NCBI RefSeq assembly: GCF_001949145.1 | Contig: NW_019091358.1 | Location: 4,062,238-4,126,237, forward strand | From: Acanthaster planci | Lineage: Eukaryota | Reading direction: 5' to 3' | Length of the DNA stretch: 64,000 bases | In this document: in pieces, positions 26,430 through 46,204 of the stretch | Numbering within the stretch: position 1 is the stretch's first letter | Layout of the letters: every line of letters starts with the position of its first letter | Made by a program: the position numbers and the translations under genes | The notes under the pieces: model-generated | Seen by the model: only the letters and a program-made list of their open reading frames with translations | Told to the model about the DNA's origin: nothing | The model's database searches: none

Positions 26430-28109
26430 TTTCCGTTCTAACTCAATCCTACTTGTGTCATGCATCATCTAATAGTGTTCGTTTTGAAGCCTCTACTACC
26501 GATGAAAAAGAGGAGAAAGGAACGTTTCTAGACTACGGTCATTGGACTGCTCGGTCTTTGGTCAGGAAGGGTGGGTAGTGTCATGTGTTCAGTATGTCAT
26601 GTAGGTCTAGCCTGTGTGTTGGGACGGCTGTTCGGATACGTATATCAGGGTTCAATCATTGAAGCATTTAATTTGAAATGAACGGGCGCGGATTGAAAGA
26701 AAGTGCGCTTGGGTGTAAATCGAGACGTTGAAAAAAAAAGTGGGTGGCCACGCTTTGAAGTTGATCACAAAATTATTTGCCAGCCAGCCCTGGATTTAAA
26801 TTTACCTTCTGATACTGTTATAGGTGGTAAACTTTTGTACAGCTGGATCAACATTTTGATACAGCTGTGCAAAATTTTGAATTTAGGTCCACAATGCAGG
26901 TGGTGTGCACGCTATGATCTTTTTCTTGGAGGACTAAGTTCCAGGGGTGGGAAGGGGAGGTAGCGATGGGGATAGCCTTTACTCAAGGTGTGCGTGGCTA
27001 CCTGACACACGACGCACACCCTGGCTGCTAGCACGACAAATCTCATCGGTCTGCCTCTTGTCAGTGCAGTGACAGTGCACCACTGAGAACAGATTGCTCT
27101 GCATGCATCCTCCGTGAGTGCCTAGACTTCCAACTACCTGAGGACCTTGACCTCACAAACCCCACTCCATCTTCCCACTGTGAGCTTGCTACATCTAGAA
27201 GATATTACATGAGAGCTGTCTGCCTCATACGAAAGAAGAAGATTCCATCTTTTCTTGTTTTTCCCTCTTTTGAGTGTGGCCCAAATTTACAGGTGGTTCT
27301 TTAATCCTCTGTTTGCCCTGTGGTACTCTCCAAATTCTTCATGAACATTGCCCACATAACGTAATAATGCCAGATCCGGTAGGGGGGGACAAGATGGAAC
27401 GAGTTGCATTTTTTCACAGTTTTCAGAATGATACTAAGCATTTTTCTTTGGAGGACTGAAAACAGTCTAATTTTTGGGATTTTCTTGGCTCCGCTAAAAA
27501 TATCCGAAATTTAATTATCAATTTCGCAGCCAGTCGAGTCCAGTTCATGCAGCCATCGCTGTCACACATACCAGCCACGCTATTCACACGCATGAACACC
27601 GCAAGGCGGGGGGTTTGAACACCGCACATCCGTCATGAAATATGACTTAAGTTATAGTTATGAGTCATGTGATTGCGTTTCTAATACCACAGCACTAGCA
27701 GTTTGCAGTTAGCACCATGTCGATTAGGGTTTGAAGGTCGAAATCAGTCATTGGTCATCGCGAGGTTGACAGCTCGGCCAAGTTGGTGTTGTTGCAAGGC
27801 AAAGCTAGCCAAAGCTGGATTCATCTAGTACCGGTACTAGCTTTATACAAAATGCAATGTGTCGTCATGCCGGGGGCCCGGGGGGGGGGGTTGTGTTCCC
27901 AGTATTTTTGCCAAGCAGACACTTATTAACTGAGTATACTTTTTTTTCTCTGATTCACCTAAAATATTGTTTTGGTCTTGTTTTGGGTCCTTTCTTTTGT
28001 CAAATAAAGTCTTGATTGAGTGAGACTCAATTCGACTTACTGACTCAAGTCATCACAAGTCTGCCTTTACACATCGGACCTAGGCCTACAGTACAGAATT
28101 AGTTAAACA
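26430..28109. promoter_or_regulatory. Divergent CERT1/POLK intergenic region (candidate bidirectional promoter)
   Basis: 1680 bp between oppositely oriented start codons. Confidence 0.6.
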
Positions 28110-28254
28110 ATGGACATGGAGGACACCGACTGGAATGAAGATGAGGTAGAGGAAGATGAACCAAGATGGACTGAGCCTGCTGACTTGCTTCTTGGGGTGC
28201 ATTCTGGTGGTTGGCGGGAGGCGAGTCTCTCCTCTTTCAGTGCCAAGCCGAGTG
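28110..28254 (+). CDS. POLK: POLK putative first coding exon (acidic N-terminal extension)
   Basis: [26 protein letters not shown]...; donor G|GTAAAT in phase 1 fits acceptor AAG|TA at 28710, in frame with the N-clasp. Confidence 0.65.
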
Positions 28255-31200
28255 GTAAATGCTTAAATCTTTATATAAAAAAAATCACTTGCCACCCTGT
28301 GCACAAGGTAACCTTTTCAAGGTAAATGTACATGTAGGCCTATGTGCACTGCTAAATTTGACGCTGTGGGATATGTTATGATCACTTTCTGATGGCTAGT
28401 GAACCACTGCAAGGGTAGATTAGTTATGTCCGTATATGGGACTCTTACCGATGTAAATAAGATTTTTTTTAACAGCAGTGCACTGCCAAATCAGTTTTTG
28501 CTTGAAGTGGACAAGGAAGGAAATGTTCAATGTCCATTTCAGTATTTCTATTTTTCAGTATGTGGCCACTCGCACCTGTGTATTTGAACAAAAAAGTCAC
28601 ATCTGTGTTCCTGAGTGGACAGCTTTTTTTATGTTTACGTACTCATTATAGCAGTCATTGATTCGAAAATCAGAAAGAAATTTATATGGTTTTGCTCCCA
28701 ATTTTCAAGTATCAACTTCTTGTGAGAGAAATGACAGCATCATGTCTCGGATGGCACTGAATGACAACAAGGCTGGAATGGACGGATTGGACAAGGAGAA
28801 GATTAACAAGATAATCATGGAGGCTTCCAAGGGCTCTAGGTCAGATCTTACTGAAGTTACAATTCCTCTCACAGTTGAAGCTGGATCCATTTATTTTGGA
28901 ATTATATCAAAAGACCTGAATTGTAATTGTAATTGTTATTTTACTGTTGATTCAATATTTAGGTGATTTGTTAAATCCAATTTTTAAACCTATTATGGTT
29001 TATCTGAAACAAACAACTCTTTTTCATAGGTGCTTAGTTAGTTTTTGTGAAATTATTTGAGAGTTCAGTGATTTATGTGTATTTGATATTGACATATTTT
29101 ATTGATATTGTTTTATTTGTATGATTGTGATACCCATGAATTTACTAATCTTTGTTTTTGCTCAGATTTTATGAAAACGAACGTAAGAAAGAGGCCCAGG
29201 TCAACCAGCGAATAGATCGCATGATGCAGCAGCTAGCCGGCATTACACAGCAACAGAAGGCTGCTGCGCTAGTTGAGGTAAAATTCCGGCAGTTTTCCGT
29301 ATTTTTCCACTGCCTGTAATTTGCTTGTGTATCGACTGCTCTTTGTGGGTGCAGTAGCGTAGCTGAGGGGGGGAAGTGGCAGATGGGATAGAGATTTTTG
29401 AAGCGAAGTCCATATGCTGATCTATGAAATATCATAACAGCTCATGTCAACTCAGTCCAAAATATCCTGAATGCAGCATTTGAAGATTTGAAATGTTTCC
29501 TAAAGAAATGGTATGATAAAATTTCTGGTCTTGTTATATTTTGAAGTATAGTGTGTGAGGTGCTCTTAATAAATTCTGTATTATTTAATGATATTTAATG
29601 GTCTAATTCCTATCTGAATTTGCTGTTAAATTTCTGAAGTTGTCCTGGTCTGAGTTCTTACTTTGTTAAAGAGAGGCGTACAGACATTGTACAGTTTGAT
29701 TCCATCCAGTCTGTTTGTCTTGATTCAGATGGATGCCATGATCGCTGAACTCGAGACATCCAGAGACTTGAGTCGCAGCATTGTCCACTTAGACATGGAT
29801 GCCTTCTATGCTGCGGTAGAGATGAGAGACAACCCTTCCCTGAAGGACAAACCAATGGCGGTGGGCGGCATGAGCATGCTGGTAAGGTTTTGTCCCTGTT
29901 CCCTCCCTAAAACGTAACAGCACCAAAGTCTATAGCATTTTTATTCTGGTAATGAGAGGAATGTTGGATAAAACGTGTGTGGAATCTCTATGGCTAGCAT
30001 ATGAATTAGGGGTTTTTTACATGCCTTGTGAAGAACGGGAAGTGATAGTCCCCCAAATAGGTTTCCTTGGAGCAAAAATTCACGCCTTGGAGTGGACTGC
30101 AAGGTCCCTGTTCACCCCCCTCCTCCCTGGATTTGCCAGTAGACGGGTGGTGCATTTGCCCCCAGAAATCTGGATTGGTATTAAAGCCTGGGAGTGACAG
30201 GTGTTACCTCATGGGCACCTATGCCTGGTCCATGGTATCCAGACTTATTAAAGGACTGTTTCAATGGAACAGGTATATTTGGATTTGTAAGCTGGTGTCT
30301 TGACCATTGAACTTTATTTCCTGGCTCTATGAAATCTTTGAATGTACTCTTGCTTGTGGCACAAAGCATGAATTGCTTAAATTTGTCACTTATTGATAAA
30401 GTACCTTGTTAAGTTGACACAGAAAGTTGGAGAAGCCCTTGTTCATTTTCCTCATTGCAGTGTCACCTCGTATGAAATGACTGTTGCATTCAGTGTTAAG
30501 TACACGTTCATTTCCATATTCAGAGTACCTCCAACTACCACGCACGTCGGTATGGGGTCAGGGCAGCCATGCCTGGCTTCATTGGCAAAAAGCTGTGTCC
30601 GGAGTTGGTCATAGTCCCGACTAACTTTGACAAGTACCGGGCCGTCAGCGCGCAGGTCCGGGAAATCCTGGCCCAGTATGACCCCAACTTCTGCCCCATG
30701 AGCCTGGACGAAGCCTACTTTGACCTGACGGGCCACTTGGAGAGAAGGAAGGGCTTCTCGGAGGCGCAGAGAACCTTTGACTATAGGGACAGGAATCAAG
30801 AAGAGGATGGATGGAACGGAGGAGGCAGTGATGGAAGAAGGTGTGCTAACCTGTCCGGTACCCAGTACCCACACCAGGAAGGAGACATTGAGGATGTTAG
30901 GCGAGACGGTGCTGTCAGCAACAGAACTGGTGATGAAGACATTCTGCCATCAAGTAGACATCATCAGGATTTCTCTTCTGACACCAGTGCTCCATGCCTC
31001 TGTGTTGAATCAACTGATTCTTCTGACAATTGCTGCACAAGGTCTAGAGGAGAAACTGAGCGAACTATTTCAAATGCTGTGAAGGTAGCAACTTCTGGAA
31101 AGGGCAGACAATGTAGGACATTTGGGTTTACCATCGAAGAGGCAGTGGAGGAGATACGATTCCGCATCGAGCAGAAGACACAGTTGACAGCCAGTGCAGG

Positions 31201-34200
31201 TCATTATCCATAGTATCTAACCTTGTGGCACCGTCTAGGCTCCTAGCAAGATACTTTCTGTAATCTGTCCACACTCCTTTAATATAGGATTTCATAGCAT
31301 TGGATGTTGAACTTACCTAGCTTTGACCTTGTCATGCAGGAGCTTTAGTTTGGGCAGTGTAGAAGTAAAAGTAAAAAGTCTTCCACAGTTTCTGTGGGCT
31401 AGAGTTTGTACAAGGATCGAGATAAATTTTGTTCACACTGTTGATATTCTTTCATGTACAGTTTTAAAATTTTGAACCATGTTGAGATTTTTTACAATGT
31501 TCTTGAGTTTTAACTTGGTTGCATTCTAGTCAAGTGACACTGACCCCTTCAACTGTTGATCATCACATGAATGTGAATCAAGTTGAAATCTTGGATGTGT
31601 TCTACATGTTCAACATAGCTATTTTGGATATTGGTTAAGGTTTTCAGCAACTACAGATGCCCATCTTTTGCCTCGATCCTTATTTCCAGGTATTGCTCCA
31701 AATGTCATGCTGGCCAAGATTTGCTCGGACAAGAATAAGCCCAACGGGCAGTATCGGATTCAACCTGATCGGGAAGCTGTCATGGAGTTTATCCAAGTGC
31801 TGCCAATTCGCAAGGTCACAATTAAACAATGTTCTGGGTACCTCTTTTAGATTTTGGTTATTTCAGTTAATGGGTTTGTCTCACAAACCTTAATTATGGT
31901 TCTTGAGTGTGAGGTCTTTCAGTCTCATCTTCCTTTATGATTCCAACCCATTTTACAAGACGGAGGTTAATTTCAGTTGTATGGTGTAGATATTCATTTG
32001 AACAATCATAGGGAGGTTTTTTGTTGTGGAGCTCTTCCCTCAATTTGAACATGGAGGCTATGTATTGTTGGCATCTTCATGGTGTCCCAGAGGCTGTTTT
32101 TGTTATTTCAATTTAATTACAAAGAATGCTCAAAAGGTTTGCTTGAGCCTTTCCCGGGGATACAAAATGTTTTTCCTCTGAGAACGCATTGATGTATAAC
32201 TTCTATTAACTTAGTTTCATACAAAACATTAAATAACTTATCCATTGTGCCCAGTAATGCCAACTGGGCTGGAATCACCAGTTCTTAACTCACAATCCTT
32301 ACTGGTGAAGAATCTACATGTACCCTTAATTGGTACAAATGCCACAACTCCTAAAACCCCAACCCTAACCCTAACCCTACCCTAATTAATGTTGTGTTGA
32401 CATTCCAGGTGTCTGGGATAGGGAAAGTCACAGAGAAGATGCTGTCGGCTCTAGGGGTACAGACCTGCACTGACCTCTACCAACAGAGGGCTCTGTTGCA
32501 CCTCCTTTTCTCACAGATATCTTCGCAACACTTTTTGAGGATATCATTGGGGATAGGCTCGACAAAAGTTGAAAGGTACATGTTGTATCCATTGAATTTG
32601 TGTTCCGACTTGGCTTGACTGGTGTATATAAGCAAAGCTAAATTATCTACACATTAATATGAACCTTTATGGAACGTTCATTTGATGTTATCAAGACATT
32701 TTACTGAATGAAGTTATAGATAATTAAGTACAGGTCTTTCCAATGTGTGTATTGGAAGAAGAGCCTGCAAATCTCTGTTTATTTACAAAGTTAAAATTGG
32801 AATGCTTTCAAATAAATTAGTCATTCAGAATTGGAGTTTGCTAATGGTTCCATTTTATAATGCCACACATTCAAACGTCATCTTCAAGGAGAGTTTGTTC
32901 TGATAGCAAATTCTGCCTCTGTTTCTAGAGACAGTGAGCGCAAGAGCATGAGTACTGAGCGGACGTTTGGTGAGCTGCACCGGCCAGCTGACCTGTACAG
33001 CAAATGTCATGAACTGTGTCAGGCACTGGCTGAGGATTTACAGAGTGAGGAACTGACTGTAAGTTAACCAGAAGAAACCAGGAAATACCGTGTACCTCCT
33101 CAGTGTAGTTTTCATAGAGTCGGGAGCAGAGCCAGTATGTTAGAAGTTGGTTGATTCTCTCCTGTGCCGCGAGGGTTTTTCTGTGGGTTCTCTGGGTTTC
33201 TTCCCCCTACAGCATTTCCAGTATCTGGCTGTGATCTGTGGGCAAATGTGGGTTGTTTGGCGACTGTTTAAAGGTGCCATCACTTGTCTATGGCTGGACT
33301 ACATTGCTGCTGTGTACTTTGAATTTCAACCAAGAAAATAGAAATTTTTGAAATTGTTGTAAGCTCCGAGTTCCCTATCCATTATAGCAATGCCTAGCAT
33401 ATTGGCATCTTCACAGGATGAAACTGATGTGAGCTCTTCAGATAAAGTTCATTGAGAACTCAAGAAAAGTGAAGTGGTACGAAGAGTCAGGTACCTTTAA
33501 GTCTCTGGTCTGCTTTTCGCAGGGTAAGACAGTCACCATCAAACTTAAGACAGTCAAGTTTGAGGTCAAGACCAAAGCCTGCTCTGTTCCCACCTGCATC
33601 AGCTCGGCAGAGAGCATCTTCAGCGTGGCCAAGGATCTCTTGAGGGCCGAGATCAGTGCCTGCAAACCGGAACCGCTCCGTCTCAGGCTAATGGGTAAGC
33701 CCCATTGTGGCAAACATCCATGGCAAGGCTGTCGGAACTCCTGACAGCTGAAGTGTCTTCTAGGATTTGCAGATGGTGTTTGGAGGGAGACATGTCAGTC
33801 TACCTTTTGTGGATGTGGTTGTTTTGGTTCAAAACTGGACAAATATTCGCATCATTTATTGTTGAGTGAAATTTGAATTCTACCTTCCATACAAATGTGC
33901 ACAATTATAAGTGTATTGATGACACAAGTGAGTAAAGACAGACTCATATAAAGTACTCCTTGCCGAATCCCAACTAAACCGATAGTGACGTCCTTAAACT
34001 TACGAAATTAACTTAAATTGATGAAGAAGACTGTACTGCACATGCTTGAAGTTCTTATGTGGAAGTACCAGGTTTGGTTCCATAAATACACTGGGAACCT
34101 AATACAGGAACCTTAATATTTACTGCCCCTCAGATTGGAAGCAAGGAATTCCGCTTAAAAATGTCATCTGCCAGGATGAAGGGAATGTGCATGCTATTCA

Positions 34201-36510
34201 TTCATTACACAGCCTTGAAATTTGACACATGTAAAACCAACTTGTTCATCTGGATCAGAATAAAGTTCTTGCCATGTAAAATTACAGCAAAACTATGAAA
34301 ACAATTCACATTTCACCCAACTTCACCCCAATATCCTTTGGCCGTACTCGGGATGATATAAGGCGTGATAATGCCAAAGGGAGACTTTATACCTAACTTG
34401 TACTTGTGTACTTTCTTTTCACCAGGGGTCAGGCTGTCTAATCTCCAACCATGCGGTGCCGCAACCAACAAGCAAGGCAACATCACAGAGTTCTTCAGGA
34501 AACAACGGCAAACCCCAGCTCTCCAGTCTCAACAGTTACCGAAGATGCAGCCGGGGATCAGCAACGGTGAGGAGAGACCAAAGTCGCAGAATACAGCAAC
34601 CGTAAATATTTCGTCCAATTCACCTCACAAGAGGGTGGGAACTGACTTGGCCAATGCTGTATTGGAGCCCGAACTGTCCACATCCAAGGCACACATGGAT
34701 GTTTCCGTCTCTCAGTCACATCCAAGAGACCTGGAATCATGGCAGCTGTCGGAGGAAAGGACAAGGGATGATTTAACGATTGCGGAAAATCACAAGCATA
34801 CTGCAGAAACTGGAGAGGTTCCCAAGGGGTTGTTGGTTGCATCATCTGATCTGCTCTGTCCTGTCTGCAATGTCCCACAGCCATGCACTGACCTGGAGGC
34901 CTTCAATGAGCACGTGGACTTGTGTCTGAATCGCAGGGCAATACGAGATATGCTCAAACAGCAGGGTAAGTAAGTAGAAGAAAGTTTTCACGTGTTGTTT
35001 GTAGGTCTTTTCAGTATTAAAGTTCCGTTGCATTTTATTTTCAAAGAGATAATCAGAAAATATCTCAGGTTGACTAATGGCTAGTGTTTGCAACTCCCAC
35101 TCACGGGGACAAGGGTTCAAATCCAGCGGCTGGAGGTACGTTGTGACCATGGGCAAGTAACTTTACCCTTACTTGCCGCCTTCCACCCTGGAGTTCAAAT
35201 AGGTACTGATTAGGGTAGAGAAGGTTACATTTGAGTATCTGTTTGCATTGAAAATGGCAGCAATGAGCTGCATAATGAGCCAAGACGGTTTTTAGCAATA
35301 TTTATGGCCTTGATACCCATAAATATATTCAGTGCCTCAGTCTAGTGTCGAGGGTAATTTAACCCTAACCCTCCTCAATCCTTCACCTGTTGGAGGACTG
35401 TTAGGGTTAAAGTGTACTTTATAAATAATATTATTTGACAATTGACAGCTTCTGAGGAGATGCCTACTACTAGCCGGAGTTCTACATCCCCAGCCAAAGG
35501 AAAAAGGTATGAATGGTAAAAAAAGCAAACAGAAAAGCTAGTACTAAAGATACAGTAAACTCCGACTAAGTCGGCATCGCCTAACCCGTCATATCGTCCA
35601 AGTCGGCTGTTTGACAAAACTCCAGATCGTCTGTAATGCATTCCCATTGAAAATTTCATTTCCTAATCGACATTTATAGGTTATCATGTCGTGTAAGTCG
35701 GCATGTTTTAATTGATCCCTTTGGTATAAGTTTCCTTCAACGCAGTTGCCAAGAAGTGCCAGCATGAGTACATCAATACCAATAACCCCTCTAGTGCTAT
35801 ACGCATGCGCTCTGTCCATTTGCTTTGTCCTTAGGGGCACATGATCAATTATCGAATTTGCAGTCCATGAGGATAATAAGCGAGAACGAATTTGCTGGGA
35901 TCGACCATGGAGGTAGAGATAAACCAGGGTAAATCAAAGCCATTGAATTAGTGCAAAGAATCACAATGTACATGGGCAATACATGTGTACATGTTAAGTC
36001 GGCAAAATGACGACTTACAGCACAAGTCGGCATTCACGTAAGTCGTCATAATTTCTGGAGTCCTTAGAGTGCCGACTTAGCCGGAGTTTACTGTACTTGC
36101 CTCATTTGCTCCCTCTGTGAGACATGCTCAAGTACATGTAGAAATCAAAATCCTGTGACACTAGACTCAGTTTTTCTGATGAAAAATCAACTGATGGAAT
36201 TTTCCTCCCGTAGCAGGAATGTTTGAATTTCAAGCTCACCATTCTGAAAGCTGAAATAATTTTATTTTCAGTGCTGTAAATAGATACTGAAGACACTGAC
36301 TGCATTATATTCCAAGGATTTTGTAAATATCCTTTTTCTCGCTCTTGATACTGAAAGGTCTTTTGTGATATGATTGTTTTTCAGATTGCTTTCCTTGTAA
36401 TTTCTGTTCCAAATTTGCTTTACAGGAGTTTGTCTGGCCCCAAGTCAGCGGCAAAACGACGCAAACAGGAGGTGACACAGACCAACACGCTGGACAAATT
36501 CTTCAGCTGA
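28110..36510 (+). CDS. POLK: DNA polymerase kappa (Y-family, DinB homologue), ~830 aa, 12 coding exons
   Basis: join 28110-28254, 28710-28839, 29166-29277, 29729-29881, 30524-31199, 31690-31814, 32409-32575, 32929-33058, 33523-33694, 34426-34965, 35449-35506, 36426-36510 = 2493 nt, phases consistent. Motifs: N-clasp ([17 protein letters not shown]), [34 protein letters not shown], HhH (VSGIGKVT), little finger ([10 protein letters not shown]...LRLRLMGV), one UBZ, C-terminal TLDKFF. Confidence 0.96.
28710..28839 (+). CDS. POLK: POLK exon (N-clasp)
   Basis: [32 protein letters not shown]. Confidence 0.93.
29166..29277 (+). CDS. POLK: POLK exon (N-clasp)
   Basis: (R)[37 protein letters not shown]. 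Confidence 0.93.
29729..29881 (+). CDS. POLK: POLK exon (catalytic motif I)
   Basis: [34 protein letters not shown]. Confidence 0.97.
30524..31199 (+). CDS. POLK: POLK exon (fingers/palm, SLDE motif, long insert)
   Basis: [26 protein letters not shown]...[11 protein letters not shown]...[17 protein letters not shown]. Confidence 0.97.
31690..31814 (+). CDS. POLK: POLK exon
   Basis: [21 protein letters not shown]...LPIRK. Confidence 0.96.
32409..32575 (+). CDS. POLK: POLK exon (thumb/HhH)
   Basis: [30 protein letters not shown]...ISLGIGST. Confidence 0.96.
32929..33058 (+). CDS. POLK: POLK exon (little finger/PAD)
   Basis: [15 protein letters not shown]...[15 protein letters not shown]. 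Confidence 0.95.
33146..33210 (+). mobile_element. SINE central-domain remnant (V/Meta-SINE-like)
   Basis: GTTGGTTGATTCTCTCCTGTGCCGCGAGGGTTTTTCTGTGGGTTCTCTGGGTTTCTTCCCC resembles that SINE domain (from memory). Confidence 0.45.
33523..33694 (+). CDS. POLK: POLK exon (little finger/PAD)
   Basis: [19 protein letters not shown]...PLRLRLM. Confidence 0.96.
34426..34965 (+). CDS. POLK: POLK exon (PIP/RIR-like motif and UBZ zinc finger)
   Basis: VRLSNL...[11 protein letters not shown]...[24 protein letters not shown]. Confidence 0.92.
35065..35330 (+). mobile_element. tRNA-derived SINE (degenerate)
   Basis: A-box-like TGACTAATGG, B-box GGTTCAAATCC (35114-35124), then GGGCAAGTAACTTTACCCTTACTTGCC...CCACCC...AAATAGGTAC typical of invertebrate SINE bodies. 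Confidence 0.6.
35449..35506 (+). CDS. POLK: POLK small exon
   Basis: [19 protein letters not shown]; its phase 1/2 ends are needed to link the flanking exons. Confidence 0.8.
35553..36093. mobile_element. Tc1/mariner (pogo/Tigger-like) MITE
   Basis: TA|CAGTAAACTCCGACTAAGTCGGCA ... TGCCGACTTAGCCGGAGTTTACTG|TA; internal AAGTCGGCA repeats. Confidence 0.85.
36426..36510 (+). CDS. POLK: POLK last exon (NLS-like basic patch and PIP box)
   Basis: [27 protein letters not shown]. Confidence 0.92.
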
Positions 36511-36659
36511 TGTTGTGAGCACTTACTTCATTCATGTGGAAAAAACATTCAGTCAATTGAATTTCAGTCAGCACTGTTAATGATAGCCACAGCCTTAGAG
36601 TTGACAGGTAGCTCAAAGCTTACAAAAATGAGAAATGACGACAATATGAAAAATGTCTT

Positions 36660-36665
36660 AATAAA
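36660..36665 (+). terminator. Candidate POLK polyadenylation signal
   Basis: AATAAA 150 nt after the stop codon; further AATAAA hexamers lie downstream. Confidence 0.4.
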
Positions 36666-37252
36666 GTGTGCTGGACTTGCCAAAGTCCAATGAACTGTCA
36701 TGCACTAAAAAATAAGCGAGGTCACTGAATGTGCTTCAGCTTTTTTTGAATGAGTTGTACAGATTTCTATGCAGTAACGAAACTGAATGAAAAGCCTGAA
36801 ATATGTTGTATATTTGAATGAATTACAAAGAAGTGCAGGTGTAACCGAGGGAAATGTGTGATCTTGGAAGACAACACACTTCAATAAAAAATGCTGAATC
36901 TATGAAATATTGAAGATGGAACAAAATTGTGTTTTTAAATTGCCACTTAAAAACATAAAAATGAAGTCTCTGGTGACCTGATTCCTGTGTTAAACCATGG
37001 TACCTCATGGACAGACAGTGTCAAGGCTTTTACGACACGAGCATTTTTCTCTTTGACACGTGAAACTTCCAAGCAGAAGATGAACCACTACAAGGGAGAT
37101 ATGCCTTTAGGCTGATTCAAAATTCAGGTGAACGCAAAAGGAATGAAAATTGGACGTCATGAAAAATTTCCAGGGAAACTGCCTCGAACTGAAATGGGTT
37201 CAACTGGTGCGAATTACAGCGTGAATATTTCATCTGAGGTCACAAATTCACA

Positions 37253-37258
37253 TTTATT
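37253..37258 (-). terminator. Candidate RIOK2 polyadenylation signal
   Basis: AATAAA on the minus strand ~65 nt after the stop codon. Confidence 0.4.
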
Positions 37259-37321
37259 TTTGCGTCAAGTATGAACCAGCCTTTCCATGGAACTGAGTTT
37301 GTTAATGAGACGTAGCCCGAC

Positions 37322-45954
<8,633 letters not shown>

Positions 45955-46204
45955 GCCGGACTCACAAAAGATCAAAAATTATACACGAAAAACGAAGGCC
46001 AGGCGTCAATTCATGGGACTTCCAACACCATGAGTTGAACACTGCGTAAAGCATGTAAAGCGACAGCATGCATGCAGCATGCAAGATCTAGCTAGCACAC
46101 ATGGCATAAACTTGTGGTGCGATGATTTTTCACTCACGACGTATACAGGTATAGCGCCGCCTTGCGGCGCTGCACGACATCTACGATCTTTGTACGGAAG
46201 CATC

